Of a DNA stretch of 64,000 nucleotides, positions 48,162 to 57,001 are shown one piece after another. The DNA is taken from positions 3,677 through 67,676 of the forward strand of contig CALEMW010000233.1 in NCBI GenBank assembly GCA_937910695.1, in the 5' to 3' direction. The translations under genes and the position numbers were made by a program. This DNA comes from an uncultured bacterium. GTDB lineage: Bacteria; Krumholzibacteriota; Krumholzibacteriia; LZORAL124-64-63. Each line of letters starts with the position of its first letter. Position 1 is the first letter of the stretch. The notes below the pieces were generated by a model that was not told the origin of the DNA, made no database searches, and was given only the letters and a program-made list of their open reading frames with translations.

Positions 48162-48213
48162 GCTTTGCTCCGTCGACTTGAATGATATCCGCTTCCTGGA
48201 TGGCGGCTCTGCA

Positions 48214-48843
48214 TCATGGTCGGAAGAGGAACTTGAGACCACTCCAGCTCATGTCTTCGTTGCCCGCCTTGAGTTCCACGTCCTCCTGACCGAGCATTTT
48301 CCACTCCGTTTTGGAAACGCCGTCCGCAACGACGGTCACAGGTACGGCATAGAAAAACTGGTGCGTATTCACCGTGATGTTGCCGGAATCATGCAGGAAC
48401 TTCATGTGAGTATCGAAAAACCCGCGCCTGGCTCCTGCGACGCCACCAAAATCGGGATGGGATTCCGAGACTTCCACCCAAGGCTCCAGCAGAGAACAAC
48501 GAACCACCTCTACGGATCTGATTCCTGCGGCCGTACTGCCAGGTGCCGGGTTGGTCGGCGGATTGCCGGAGAACATCGCTTCGATGATGCGGATCTCGGT
48601 CACCGCGTTGTGGTTCGCCGATTCCACATCATAAAATCGATACCGGGAATCGATCATGTCCCGATATTCCACGGCATCGAGTTCCCCGTAGGCTCGCGCG
48701 AAGTTCTCCATCAGGACATCAGCGGAATCTGCAAACGGGAATCCGTCACAGCACGACGAAAGCGGCTCGACGGAATCATCGCTGCAGCCGATAAGCAGAG
48801 CCAAAACGATGAGTGCCAGAATACGAAGACGATATTGAGGCAT
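48214..48843 (-). CDS. Secreted lipoprotein, paralog 3
   Basis: Lipobox LIGCSDD. Same internal motifs. C-terminus ...NEDMSWSGLKFLFRP. Confidence 0.6.
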   Translation of the reverse strand: MPQYRLRILALIVLALLIGCSDDSVEPLSSCCDGFPFADSADVLMENFARAYGELDAVEYRDMIDSRYRFYDVESANHNAVTEIRIIEAMFSGNPPTNPAPGSTAAGIRSVEVVRCSLLEPWVEVSESHPDFGGVAGARRGFFDTHMKFLHDSGNITVNTHQFFYAVPVTVVADGVSKTEWKMLGQEDVELKAGNEDMSWSGLKFLFRP

Positions 48844-48980
48844 GGGAATCTCCCAGGGCAGCGATCTGGCTTGAAATCTCGAATCCGGAATCGACGATCC
48901 GCGCCACTATCCAATGACTCCATGAAACACCATGTTCAAGTGTTGTGTCAAGAGGCCGTCCGAATTTCATGTCCCCCAAC

Positions 48981-49015
48981 GAAAAAGAGGGCCACGGCAA
49001 TTGCCGCGGCCCTCT
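48981..49015 (-). terminator. Rho-independent terminator downstream of tRNA-Arg
   Basis: Minus strand shows AGAGGGCCGCGGCAAUUGCCGUGGCCCUCU followed by UUUUUCG. Confidence 0.6.
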
Positions 49016-49021
49016 TCAAAA

Positions 49022-49098
49022 TGGTACGCCCAGGAGGATTCGAACCCCCAACCTCCTGGTCCGTAGCCAGACGCTCTATCCAATTGAGCTATGGGCGC
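49022..49098 (-). tRNA. tRNA-Arg (anticodon ACG)
   Basis: GCGCCCAUAGCUCAAUUGGAUAGAGCGUCUGGCUACGGACCAGGAGGUUGGGGGUUCGAAUCCUCCUGGGCGUACCA. Anticodon loop CUACGGA. G1:U72 wobble noted. Confidence 0.8.
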
Positions 49099-49117
49099 AC
49101 CTATTCAGTTTTCTTGC

Positions 49118-49205
49118 TGGCGGAGAGGGAGGGATTCGAACCCTCGTTGAGTTGCCCCAAACACGCTTAGCAGGCGTGCGCCTTCAGCCACTCGGCCACC
49201 TCTCC
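49118..49205 (-). tRNA. tRNA-Ser (anticodon GCU)
   Basis: GGAGAGGUGGCCGAGUGGCUGAAGGCGCACGCCUGCUAAGCGUG...GGGUUCGAAUCCCUCCCUCUCCGCCA. Class II. Confidence 0.85.
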
Positions 49206-49216
49206 GCCGAAATCGC

Positions 49217-49302
49217 TGGCGGAGGGCGGGGGACTCGAACCCCCAAGGGATCGCTCCCGGCGGTTTTCAAGACCGCTGCGTTACCAATTACGCTAGCCCT
49301 CC
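49217..49302 (-). tRNA. tRNA-Ser (anticodon UGA)
   Basis: GGAGGGCUAGCGUAAUUGGUAACGCAGCGGUCUUGAAAACCGCCGGGAGCGAUCCCUUGGGGGUUCGAGUCCCCCGCCCUCCGCCA. Anticodon loop CUUGAAA, so UGA (Ser) and not the UCA of tRNA-Sec. Confidence 0.85.
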
Positions 49303-49365
49303 GACGCCGCTGACGTCGAGGGCCACCCGAGGGGGTAACGCTCCCAATTGCCGCGGCGATGCACG

Positions 49366-51231
49366 TTAATCCTTACGCTTCAGTTTGTCAAGCCAGCCCT
49401 GGACGCCGCCGCTGACGGCGTTCTGCAGTCGATTCTGTGCCGCACTGAGATCCAGTGCGACGGTCGGTCTCGCGGCTCTGCCGGTCAGCCCGAGATCCAG
49501 CGCCAAACGGCCATCCTCTCCCCTGAGCGATTCGGCGAGCATGGTCATCGCCCCGAGCTCCGGACGGAATTCCCGCGGAAACTTGATGTTCAGCCCCAGG
49601 TCGATAGCGCCGTCGAGCCCGATCCAGCCGTCGCCGGTCCAGTCGGTGTCGTGCCCGACGAGGTTCAGATCCTCGATGATGTAGCGCCCCTCGCGGACCT
49701 TCATCAAGTGGCTCAAGGTGTGGAAGCGGACCTCCTTGAGATCCTGACGATCCCCCAGATAGCGGCTGATGCCGTCGAGCCAGGCGCTGGCGTGGACCAC
49801 GCCCTCCTGCAGGATCCCTTCGCCGTCGAGGGTCAGCGACGAGCGCAGGGCCTCCGGCTCGCCCAGCCGGAAACCGCCGACGATCTTGCCGTCGAGGCCG
49901 CCCTCGAGATACGGAGCCGCCGAAGGCACGACGGTCTCCAGGACGATCTTCGTGGGCAGGTCGTGCATCTCGGCATCCAGGCTGACCAGGGCGTCCGGGG
50001 CGCCGAGAGGAGCCATGGTCATCGTACCGTCGAGGTGTCCGGCACCGATGTCCACACGGCTCTGCGAAACCGTCAGCGCGCCGCCTTCGATGGCGGCCAC
50101 GGCCTGCACGCGCCAGGGCGTCGTCATGTCCGGTGGTGTGAATTCCGCTTGGTCGAGGGTGATCACGGCGTCGAGGCCTTGCAGATGATCCGCCGGCGTG
50201 GCGTCGGACGCCGGCGGCAGCAGCGCCGTGTAGGTTCCCGAGGCGACCAGGCCTTCGATGTTGATCGGGGCCGTCTTCAACCACGTCGTCCAAGGCTCCA
50301 CGAGGGCTGGGTTCAGCTGCGGTACGGCTTTCTGCACGGCGTCGGCGTCGAGGTCGGCGAGGCGCCACTGCAGGTTCAGGCGGAAGTCTCCGGCCTCGCC
50401 GCGCACGGATCCTTGACCCTCGAAACGGGTCCCGCCCCAGGTCACAGCCACATCGGTGAGTTCGACGAGGTCGGCGGCTGCGCCGATCGTCGCGGTGGCC
50501 GCGAACCCCACGTCGGACAGCGAGGTCGTAAATTCGGGCTGGAAGCCGATCAATTCGAGGACGTCGATGCGACCCTCGAGTCCCACCAGTGAAGGATCGC
50601 CGCTCTCAAGCAGGGGCGAGCCCTGTCCGAAGGCGGTCAGGCGTCTACCCAGCACGGCGACGTCGTCGAGCACGGCATCCTGACGCCAACCGGCGATGTT
50701 CACAGAGCGCCCGGTGCCCTCCTCGCGCCAGGTCAGTGCGCCGTCGCGCACCGACACACCCGCGAGGATGACGGCCATCGGCGACGCCTCCGCAGTTCCG
50801 ACAACTGCGGCGGCCGTCGAGGACTCAGGTTCCGGCGCCCGCGTGACCAAGGTCACTTCGGGATGATCGAGAACCAGGCGGTCCAGCTCGATGCGCTTCT
50901 TGAACAGTGGTCCCCAAGCCAGGCCGGCGGTGGCGCGCAGCACGCCGACATGCACAGACACCAACGGGCCGACATCCGTATCCTGGGCGGCCGCCATATC
51001 CTCGCCCGTGAGAGCTACGGTCAGGCCGTCGATCGTCAGCGCTGCACGGGGCCAGAGGTCCAGGCCCACTGGCCCGTATGTCACTTCGGCTCCCGTCTCG
51101 GCCAGGAGTCGGTCGGCGGCCAAGGCGGCCAGCTTCTCCGCAGGGAACAAGGCCTTCAGCACAAGGCCGCCCACGGTCAGCACGGCGACCGTGACAACCA
51201 AGACGATCAGCAGTCTTCGTCCCTTGCTCAT
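49366..51231 (-). CDS. AsmA-family outer-membrane biogenesis protein
   Basis: N-terminal TM anchor followed by a long beta-rich periplasmic domain (AsmA-like). Confidence 0.7.
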   Translation of the reverse strand: MSKGRRLLIVLVVTVAVLTVGGLVLKALFPAEKLAALAADRLLAETGAEVTYGPVGLDLWPRAALTIDGLTVALTGEDMAAAQDTDVGPLVSVHVGVLRATAGLAWGPLFKKRIELDRLVLDHPEVTLVTRAPEPESSTAAAVVGTAEASPMAVILAGVSVRDGALTWREEGTGRSVNIAGWRQDAVLDDVAVLGRRLTAFGQGSPLLESGDPSLVGLEGRIDVLELIGFQPEFTTSLSDVGFAATATIGAAADLVELTDVAVTWGGTRFEGQGSVRGEAGDFRLNLQWRLADLDADAVQKAVPQLNPALVEPWTTWLKTAPINIEGLVASGTYTALLPPASDATPADHLQGLDAVITLDQAEFTPPDMTTPWRVQAVAAIEGGALTVSQSRVDIGAGHLDGTMTMAPLGAPDALVSLDAEMHDLPTKIVLETVVPSAAPYLEGGLDGKIVGGFRLGEPEALRSSLTLDGEGILQEGVVHASAWLDGISRYLGDRQDLKEVRFHTLSHLMKVREGRYIIEDLNLVGHDTDWTGDGWIGLDGAIDLGLNIKFPREFRPELGAMTMLAESLRGEDGRLALDLGLTGRAARPTVALDLSAAQNRLQNAVSGGVQGWLDKLKRKD

Positions 51232-52391
51232 GATCCCTCCCCCGAATTCTGCTTATGCGCGGCGACGATCCTGCCGCCACCCAAGACTTCATCGTCCCGA
51301 TACAGAACCAGTGCCTGTCCGGGCGCCACACCCTCTGCGTCCACGGCGAGATCGATATCCAGGAATTCCCCCTGCACTCGCCAGGACGCCACCTGAACAC
51401 CGCCGTGCCCATGGCGCAACTGTGCCGTCAACCTGTCGGCCGCAGCGGTTGGCGGCTCCGCTGGGGCGATGTCCGGCGCCGTCCAGCGCCAATCGTCGCA
51501 GCGCACCGTATCCACCCTCAGTTCAGGCCGGCGTCCGATGATCACGGTGTTGGACGCCGTATCCAGCTCCAGAACGTAGAGCGGCGCCTCGGCCGCCACA
51601 CCAAGCCCCCGACGCTGGCCCACCGTGTAGTGTTCCAGACCACGATGCCGGCCGAGCACCATACCGCCGCGGTCGACGATGTCCCCCGGCGCCGAGGGTT
51701 GGTCCTCGAACAGAAATGACCGGTCGTCGTCGGGCACGAAGCAGATCTCTTGACTGTCGGGGGTCCGCGCCGAATCCAGGCCGAGCTCGGCGGCGGCGCG
51801 ACGCACCTCGTCCTTGGTCCACCAGCCCAACGGAAAGACGCTGCGGGTCAGAATTTCCGGGGCCACGCCGTGGAGGAAATAACTCTGGTCCTTGGTCCGA
51901 TCGAGTCCACGCAGCAAACGCACCCCCGGCTCGTCGTGCAGCACCCGTGCGTAATGTCCCGTGCCCACGTAGTCAAGGCCGAGCTGATCGGCACGGCGGG
52001 CCAACTCCGGGAATCTCACCCAGGTATTGCAGCCCACGCAGGGATTCGGTGTCCGTCCCGCTCGATATTCTGCGATGAAGGGATCGATGACATGGGAACG
52101 GAACGGCGTTTCGACGTTGCCCACCCAGTGCTTCACATCGAATCGGGCCGCCTGGCGTCGGGCCGAATCGATCGCCTCGAGGGAACAGCACGAGGAGGCG
52201 TCGTCGCCGCCGAAGGAACCGTCGCTGGTGCAGAAGTTCTTGAAGGTGACTGCGACCACATGGCAGCCCATGTGCTTCAGGAGCGCCAGGGCCACACTGC
52301 TGTCCACGCCCCCGCTTACGCCCAGCAACACGCCGCTGCCCTTAGGGACAGCGGCGCTCAGCTCCGCCGGGACTGGCAGCGGGAAATCCAT
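51228..52391 (-). CDS. mnmA: tRNA 2-thiouridine(34) synthase
   Basis: PP-loop GVSGGVDSSVA with catalytic Cys residues and a C-terminal beta-barrel. Confidence 0.9.
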   Translation of the reverse strand: MDFPLPVPAELSAAVPKGSGVLLGVSGGVDSSVALALLKHMGCHVVAVTFKNFCTSDGSFGGDDASSCCSLEAIDSARRQAARFDVKHWVGNVETPFRSHVIDPFIAEYRAGRTPNPCVGCNTWVRFPELARRADQLGLDYVGTGHYARVLHDEPGVRLLRGLDRTKDQSYFLHGVAPEILTRSVFPLGWWTKDEVRRAAAELGLDSARTPDSQEICFVPDDDRSFLFEDQPSAPGDIVDRGGMVLGRHRGLEHYTVGQRRGLGVAAEAPLYVLELDTASNTVIIGRRPELRVDTVRCDDWRWTAPDIAPAEPPTAAADRLTAQLRHGHGGVQVASWRVQGEFLDIDLAVDAEGVAPGQALVLYRDDEVLGGGRIVAAHKQNSGEGS

Positions 52392-52408
52392 GACGGTCCT
52401 CCGTCGAT

Positions 52409-53182
52409 TCAGTGCCCGCCCTGGGTGAGTTCGGCAGGGATCTCGCTGTTCATCAATTCCTCGATGACCTTGATGTTGTCGCGGGAGCGCTCACCGATGT
52501 CACCGTCGGGATCCGAATCGACAGCGGCCTCCCATTCCACCAGGGCCTCGCGGTACATGCGCGATTCGGCAAAGAGAATGGCCAGGTTGTAGTGGGCCAG
52601 GGCGCTCTCGGGATTGCTGTCGAGCACGGCCTTGAACTGTTCGATGGCCTCGGGGTACAGATGCCGGCGGAAGAAAAGAGAGCCCAGATTGCAGCGCGCC
52701 TTTTCATCCTCGGGAGCAAGCTCGATGGCGGTCGTGTACGCCTCGCGGGCCAGATCGATGGCCTGACGCGCCTGAGGAGTGCGACCGTCCGAGATGTCGT
52801 CCCAAATCAGGCCCATGTTCACCCAGGCTTCGACCATGGTGCTGTCGGCGGCGATGGCCGCTTCGAAGAACGTCACAGCCGAATCGAGCAGGGCGCTCTC
52901 CCCCGTGCGGGTCTCTGGTCCGGGAGGCACGTTTTCGTTCTGGGAACGCTCGTAATACATGTTGCCCAGTCCGTACCAGCCGAAGGCCTCATTGTCGGGG
53001 CCGGACGCCGCGAGTTCACGCAGGGCCGGCTCCCGTTCCTCGACGGGCATGGCGCGGTACTCCGCGAGGGCTTTTTCGACGGGACTCATCTGTTCGCCGT
53101 CGTTGCAGCCGACTATGACGCAGGCGGCGGCGACCAGAAGCAGGGCCGTCAGGACGATGCGGGTGCGAATCGAGTCGTTCAT
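52409..53182 (-). CDS. TPR-repeat lipoprotein (CpoB/YbgF-like position)
   Basis: Lipobox IVGCNDG and 4-5 TPR repeats. Confidence 0.65.
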   Translation of the reverse strand: MNDSIRTRIVLTALLLVAAACVIVGCNDGEQMSPVEKALAEYRAMPVEEREPALRELAASGPDNEAFGWYGLGNMYYERSQNENVPPGPETRTGESALLDSAVTFFEAAIAADSTMVEAWVNMGLIWDDISDGRTPQARQAIDLAREAYTTAIELAPEDEKARCNLGSLFFRRHLYPEAIEQFKAVLDSNPESALAHYNLAILFAESRMYREALVEWEAAVDSDPDGDIGERSRDNIKVIEELMNSEIPAELTQGGH

Positions 53183-53222
53183 GTTCTCGCTCTCCTGTAG
53201 AACTGGTTGTCGACGGGGTATT

Positions 53223-54461
53223 CTACCACCATTTTTCGAGGCCCGCCAGAGACAGGGTCAACCGCCAGGCCCGATCCTGGACACCATGGTCGTCGAGGCT
53301 GCCGGTCATGATGTAGGACATCGCCACATCCAAGTGTCCGCCCTGATTGCGCAATGGCACGCCCGTGCCCACACTGATCCGGCGCTCGTCGATGGTCTGG
53401 CCGTTGATGGTGTAGGGCAGACGCCGCAGGGAGGCGCCGGCGCGCAACGGCAGATTGTCACGGCCACCGCGGCGTTGGAACGCTTCGAGACGTTCGACGC
53501 CTGCGCTCAAGCACCAGGAATCGGTCATGATGCCCTCCCAATCAGGACGACCGGTAAACCCGCTGAACGCCTGGGACTCGTAATCGAAGCCGAACCGCCA
53601 ACGTTCGGTCACGCCGACAGCGGCCCCCACACCCCAATGGGCGGGTATGCGGACCTGGTAGTCGATCGTAACGTCGCCGGGAATGCCGTTCATGTCCCGG
53701 GTACGGGTCACGTCCCAATTGTGAGCCGTCGTGTAGGTCGCACCGATGTGCAGACTCTCGCTCAGGGACACCAAGGCCGAGACCGTGGAGGAAACCGAGT
53801 TCAACTGATCCTCGATCACTTCGGAATTCGTACGCAGCGGCAGCAGTCCATCGTCCGTGTTGTCGTAGAACCCTTCGGACAAGCGCTCCCTCAGCAGTCC
53901 GTTGACCAGATTCAGGCTGGCGCCCACGGCGAGACGATCGTCAAAGCGCCAGGCAACTCCCAGGGGGACCTCGAACTGGGTCCCCTCCCGCTGAAAAGTG
54001 CGCAGTCCGTCGATGTCCTCGGTCGCCCCGCCACCGTCTGGAATGGGCAGGGTGATGGAAAAATCCTCCACCCAGGAATACTGGGTGCCGCGCAGTGCCC
54101 GGAAGCCGACTGTGGCCACACCGCGTCCGCCGAGGAAAGGCAGTGCGGTCCGCAGACTCGGCGTTCGCACGTTGCTCGTCATGCGGCTTCCGCTTGCATC
54201 TTCAGCGACGGCACGTTCGCCGTAACCGCTCATGACCACCGCCAGCCGGGTCAGTCCGGGCAGCGAAGCCAGATTGTGGAAGGATGGTGTCAGGGTGTCG
54301 CGTTCGGCCAGGCCCCAGCCCCCGCGCCCGTCGACACGGGCGTCGCTGGAACGCAGGTCGACGCCGATGTTCGTCAGGGCAAAGGGATTCTGTGCCGAAG
54401 CTGTGACGGCGGCGATCAGGACCGTCAACACGACGGCCGCTACGGAGCGGCGGCGGAGCAT
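53223..54461 (-). CDS. Putative outer-membrane beta-barrel protein (family unresolved, FadL/OmpP1-like size)
   Basis: Signal peptide MLRRRSVAAVVLTVLIAAVTASAQ, alternating beta-pattern and C-terminus ...LAGLEKWW. ATG overlaps the upstream stop by 1 nt (TGATG). Confidence 0.5.
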   Translation of the reverse strand: MLRRRSVAAVVLTVLIAAVTASAQNPFALTNIGVDLRSSDARVDGRGGWGLAERDTLTPSFHNLASLPGLTRLAVVMSGYGERAVAEDASGSRMTSNVRTPSLRTALPFLGGRGVATVGFRALRGTQYSWVEDFSITLPIPDGGGATEDIDGLRTFQREGTQFEVPLGVAWRFDDRLAVGASLNLVNGLLRERLSEGFYDNTDDGLLPLRTNSEVIEDQLNSVSSTVSALVSLSESLHIGATYTTAHNWDVTRTRDMNGIPGDVTIDYQVRIPAHWGVGAAVGVTERWRFGFDYESQAFSGFTGRPDWEGIMTDSWCLSAGVERLEAFQRRGGRDNLPLRAGASLRRLPYTINGQTIDERRISVGTGVPLRNQGGHLDVAMSYIMTGSLDDHGVQDRAWRLTLSLAGLEKWW

Positions 54462-55855
54462 CACTGGCCTCCCGAGAAGATGGTGTAGGTGACCTCGAGA
54501 TAGGGGGCGAAGTCCGGATCGCCCGTGCCCAGGAATTGGAAACGCGTCAGATAGAATTCCGGGTCCCACAGCACGACGTCGTAGTTGGAAAACACATCCT
54601 CGCCCGCCGTGAGGATCAGGCACGTCTCATCTTCGGTCACACCATTCACATGGCGCTGAATCGCAGAAGTCACGTTGAAGCCCACCCAGGGGCGCTGCTC
54701 CGCCGCGATGTAGGTCGGATCGAGGTTGGTCTGGCCGGAGATCACCGACACGGCGTCCTCGAGATCGGCAAGCTGGAGGGTGTCGACGCCGCTGACCGCA
54801 GCGAGGGCGATTTCACTGACCACCGCTGCCTCGAGCGGCCCGTACCCCGCCAGCGTGTCCATGGCGCAGCGCAGGATGGCCCGGTTGATCAGGATGTTGT
54901 CCGGCAATGCGTCCAGGTTGAAGCGCAGCCAAGGATAGCGGCGGAAATGGGTGCGGAGCATGAAACCGTCGGTAAAGGTGTCTCCTGGCTCGTCGAGCTG
55001 ATGGAAGGTCGAAACGTCCTTCGTGGCGGGGAACACGATGACGTGTTCGATGTCGTCGCTGTCGGTGATCGTGACCGAGACGGTTACGCCCACCGTCGTG
55101 CCGGCCAGAGCCCGGGGATGCTGGCTGTTGAGCTGGAGGTCGCGCGAGGCATAGCCGATGAGGCCCTCCTCGGACGAGGCGCCGGCTCTGATCATCAGGT
55201 CGGCGCGGCCCGTCTCCCACCAGTCGATGAAATCGCCTTCGGGGATGTTGATGGAGATGACCTCGCCGCCGTCGTCTTCCGAGGTGATGAAGTCGGCGGT
55301 GGCCGGCTCGATTCCTGGATACGCCGATGTCGCGAGGGTGTCGGCCAAGGACCAGATCTCGAAGTTCTTCCAGCCAGGGAAAATCTCCTTCGTCGCATCC
55401 GAGTCGTCATCATCCTGGCCGACGTCGGCGTAGCCGAGCGTTCGGTAAAGGTACATCGTGACACTGGTGATCGTCGAAGGACTGATCGTCACGTCGGCCC
55501 CGACACTGTCCTGCAACCCTGAGAAATCGTAGCTCAGCAGAATGGAAGAGGCTTCGTCCCCCTTGAAACCCAGATAAAGCACTTCGCTCAGGTCGAACGG
55601 GTGATCATCGTCCACGATGGTCACGGTGCCTTGGTTCTCCAGGAACTTCATCGTGACCAAGGTGGGATCGATCAGGTCGAGCTCGGGTGGAATCACCGTT
55701 CCGACCGGATTGCTCTGATCGCTCGTACAGCCGGCGAAGATGCCGAGGCCAAGGGCCAGGGCGGCGGCCGTCAGCACCGCGCACCGGACTCCCCGGCCGT
55801 TGATTTCCAGGACTCTGTTCAGCATTCCTTCTCCTCGATCGCGATAGGCCCACAT
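54461..55855 (-). CDS. Hypothetical lipoprotein (464 aa)
   Basis: Signal peptide plus Cys (LGIFAGCTSDQ). No recognisable family. Confidence 0.5.
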   Translation of the reverse strand: MWAYRDRGEGMLNRVLEINGRGVRCAVLTAAALALGLGIFAGCTSDQSNPVGTVIPPELDLIDPTLVTMKFLENQGTVTIVDDDHPFDLSEVLYLGFKGDEASSILLSYDFSGLQDSVGADVTISPSTITSVTMYLYRTLGYADVGQDDDDSDATKEIFPGWKNFEIWSLADTLATSAYPGIEPATADFITSEDDGGEVISINIPEGDFIDWWETGRADLMIRAGASSEEGLIGYASRDLQLNSQHPRALAGTTVGVTVSVTITDSDDIEHVIVFPATKDVSTFHQLDEPGDTFTDGFMLRTHFRRYPWLRFNLDALPDNILINRAILRCAMDTLAGYGPLEAAVVSEIALAAVSGVDTLQLADLEDAVSVISGQTNLDPTYIAAEQRPWVGFNVTSAIQRHVNGVTEDETCLILTAGEDVFSNYDVVLWDPEFYLTRFQFLGTGDPDFAPYLEVTYTIFSGGQ

Positions 55856-55892
55856 GCGAGCGGGCGGATCTTAGGCGGCGGGCAGCGGTGCG

Positions 55893-56339
55893 TCAAGGCG
55901 CGCCGGGGCCGTCGTCGGCAACGTTGTCGGTGGCGGGGGCGTCCTTGCGTGCGGCCAGGCTCACCCGGTGGAATCCGCTTTCCTTGATCAGATCCATCAG
56001 ATGGACAACACGGCCGTGACGGCTGTCCTGATCGGCCCTCAATACGATGCGGTCGTCACCCTTGCTAGCCAACAGCTGCCGTAAAGTCGGCAGGATTTCC
56101 TCGTCGGACAGCAGACGGCCCTCGAGATAGACGGCGCCCGCAGCGGTCAGGTAGAGGGTCGCCGGTCCTTCTTCCATAGCTTGGACCGTACTCGACGACG
56201 GCAGGTCGAGATTGATGGCGGGCTGTTGCTTGAAGGTCGATGAGACCAGCACGAAGATCAACAGCAGGAACATCACATCGATCAGCGACGTGACGTTGAT
56301 GATCACCCGACGTCCTTGCCGCGGCGGTGCAAACCGCAT
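55893..56339 (-). CDS. exbD: Biopolymer transport protein ExbD/TolR
   Basis: INVTSLIDVMFLLLIFVLV single TM and a periplasmic domain. Confidence 0.85.
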   Translation of the reverse strand: MRFAPPRQGRRVIINVTSLIDVMFLLLIFVLVSSTFKQQPAINLDLPSSSTVQAMEEGPATLYLTAAGAVYLEGRLLSDEEILPTLRQLLASKGDDRIVLRADQDSRHGRVVHLMDLIKESGFHRVSLAARKDAPATDNVADDGPGAP

Positions 56340-56968
56340 TACGCCTCCTCCCCGGCCGCCTCGGCGCGGCGGCGACGCAAAGAATCGAGGAGCTTGGAAG
56401 CATACTGCTCAAGCTCGAAGATGATGCCGTCGGCGCGTCCTTGCAACCAATGGTACGCGACAAGGGCCGGAATACCGATGATCAGTCCCGCAGCTGTGGT
56501 GATCATGGCCTCGGAAATCCCCCCCGAAAGGACCTCGGGCTGTCCCAGGCCGGCGGTGCTGACGACGCGGAACACCCGGATCATGCCCGTCACCGTGCCG
56601 AGCAGTCCCAGCAGCGGCGCGACGGCGGCCACCGTCTCGAGGATGTTCAGGTTGCGTGACAGGCGCACCGCCTCCTGGCGGCCGGATTCCTGCAGCACGT
56701 CGCGCACGATCTCCCAGTCGGCGTCGGCGTGGTCCAGCCCTGCGCGCACGACGTTGGCGAACGGTCCGGGCCGTCGGTCGAGGATGGCGTAGGCGACGCC
56801 GAAGTCGCGCCCGGCGCCGAGGGTTTCGACCGCCTGGGCCACTTCGGGGTAGACGATCTGCCCGCGCCGCAACGCGAACAGCCGCTCGAGAAAGATCGCG
56901 AGCCCTACCAAGGAGCATACTCCCAGGGGAATCATCATCACGTTACCGGATCGGATCAGTTCCCACAT
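56339..56968 (-). CDS. exbB: MotA/TolQ/ExbB proton-channel protein
   Basis: Three TM helices and the conserved C-terminal region GLLGTVTGMIRVF. Confidence 0.85.
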   Translation of the reverse strand: MWELIRSGNVMMIPLGVCSLVGLAIFLERLFALRRGQIVYPEVAQAVETLGAGRDFGVAYAILDRRPGPFANVVRAGLDHADADWEIVRDVLQESGRQEAVRLSRNLNILETVAAVAPLLGLLGTVTGMIRVFRVVSTAGLGQPEVLSGGISEAMITTAAGLIIGIPALVAYHWLQGRADGIIFELEQYASKLLDSLRRRRAEAAGEEA

Positions 56969-57001
56969 GCGGGTTCATCCCTTCGTCGTCGTGAGTTCGG
57001 G

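Noticed and set aside
49217-49302. tRNA with long variable arm near selA considered as tRNA-Sec
   Set aside because: The anticodon loop CUUGAAA gives a UGA anticodon (serine codon UCA), not UCA. It has a 7-bp acceptor and 3-bp D-stem typical of tRNA-Ser, not the 8/5 or 9/4 Sec architecture.
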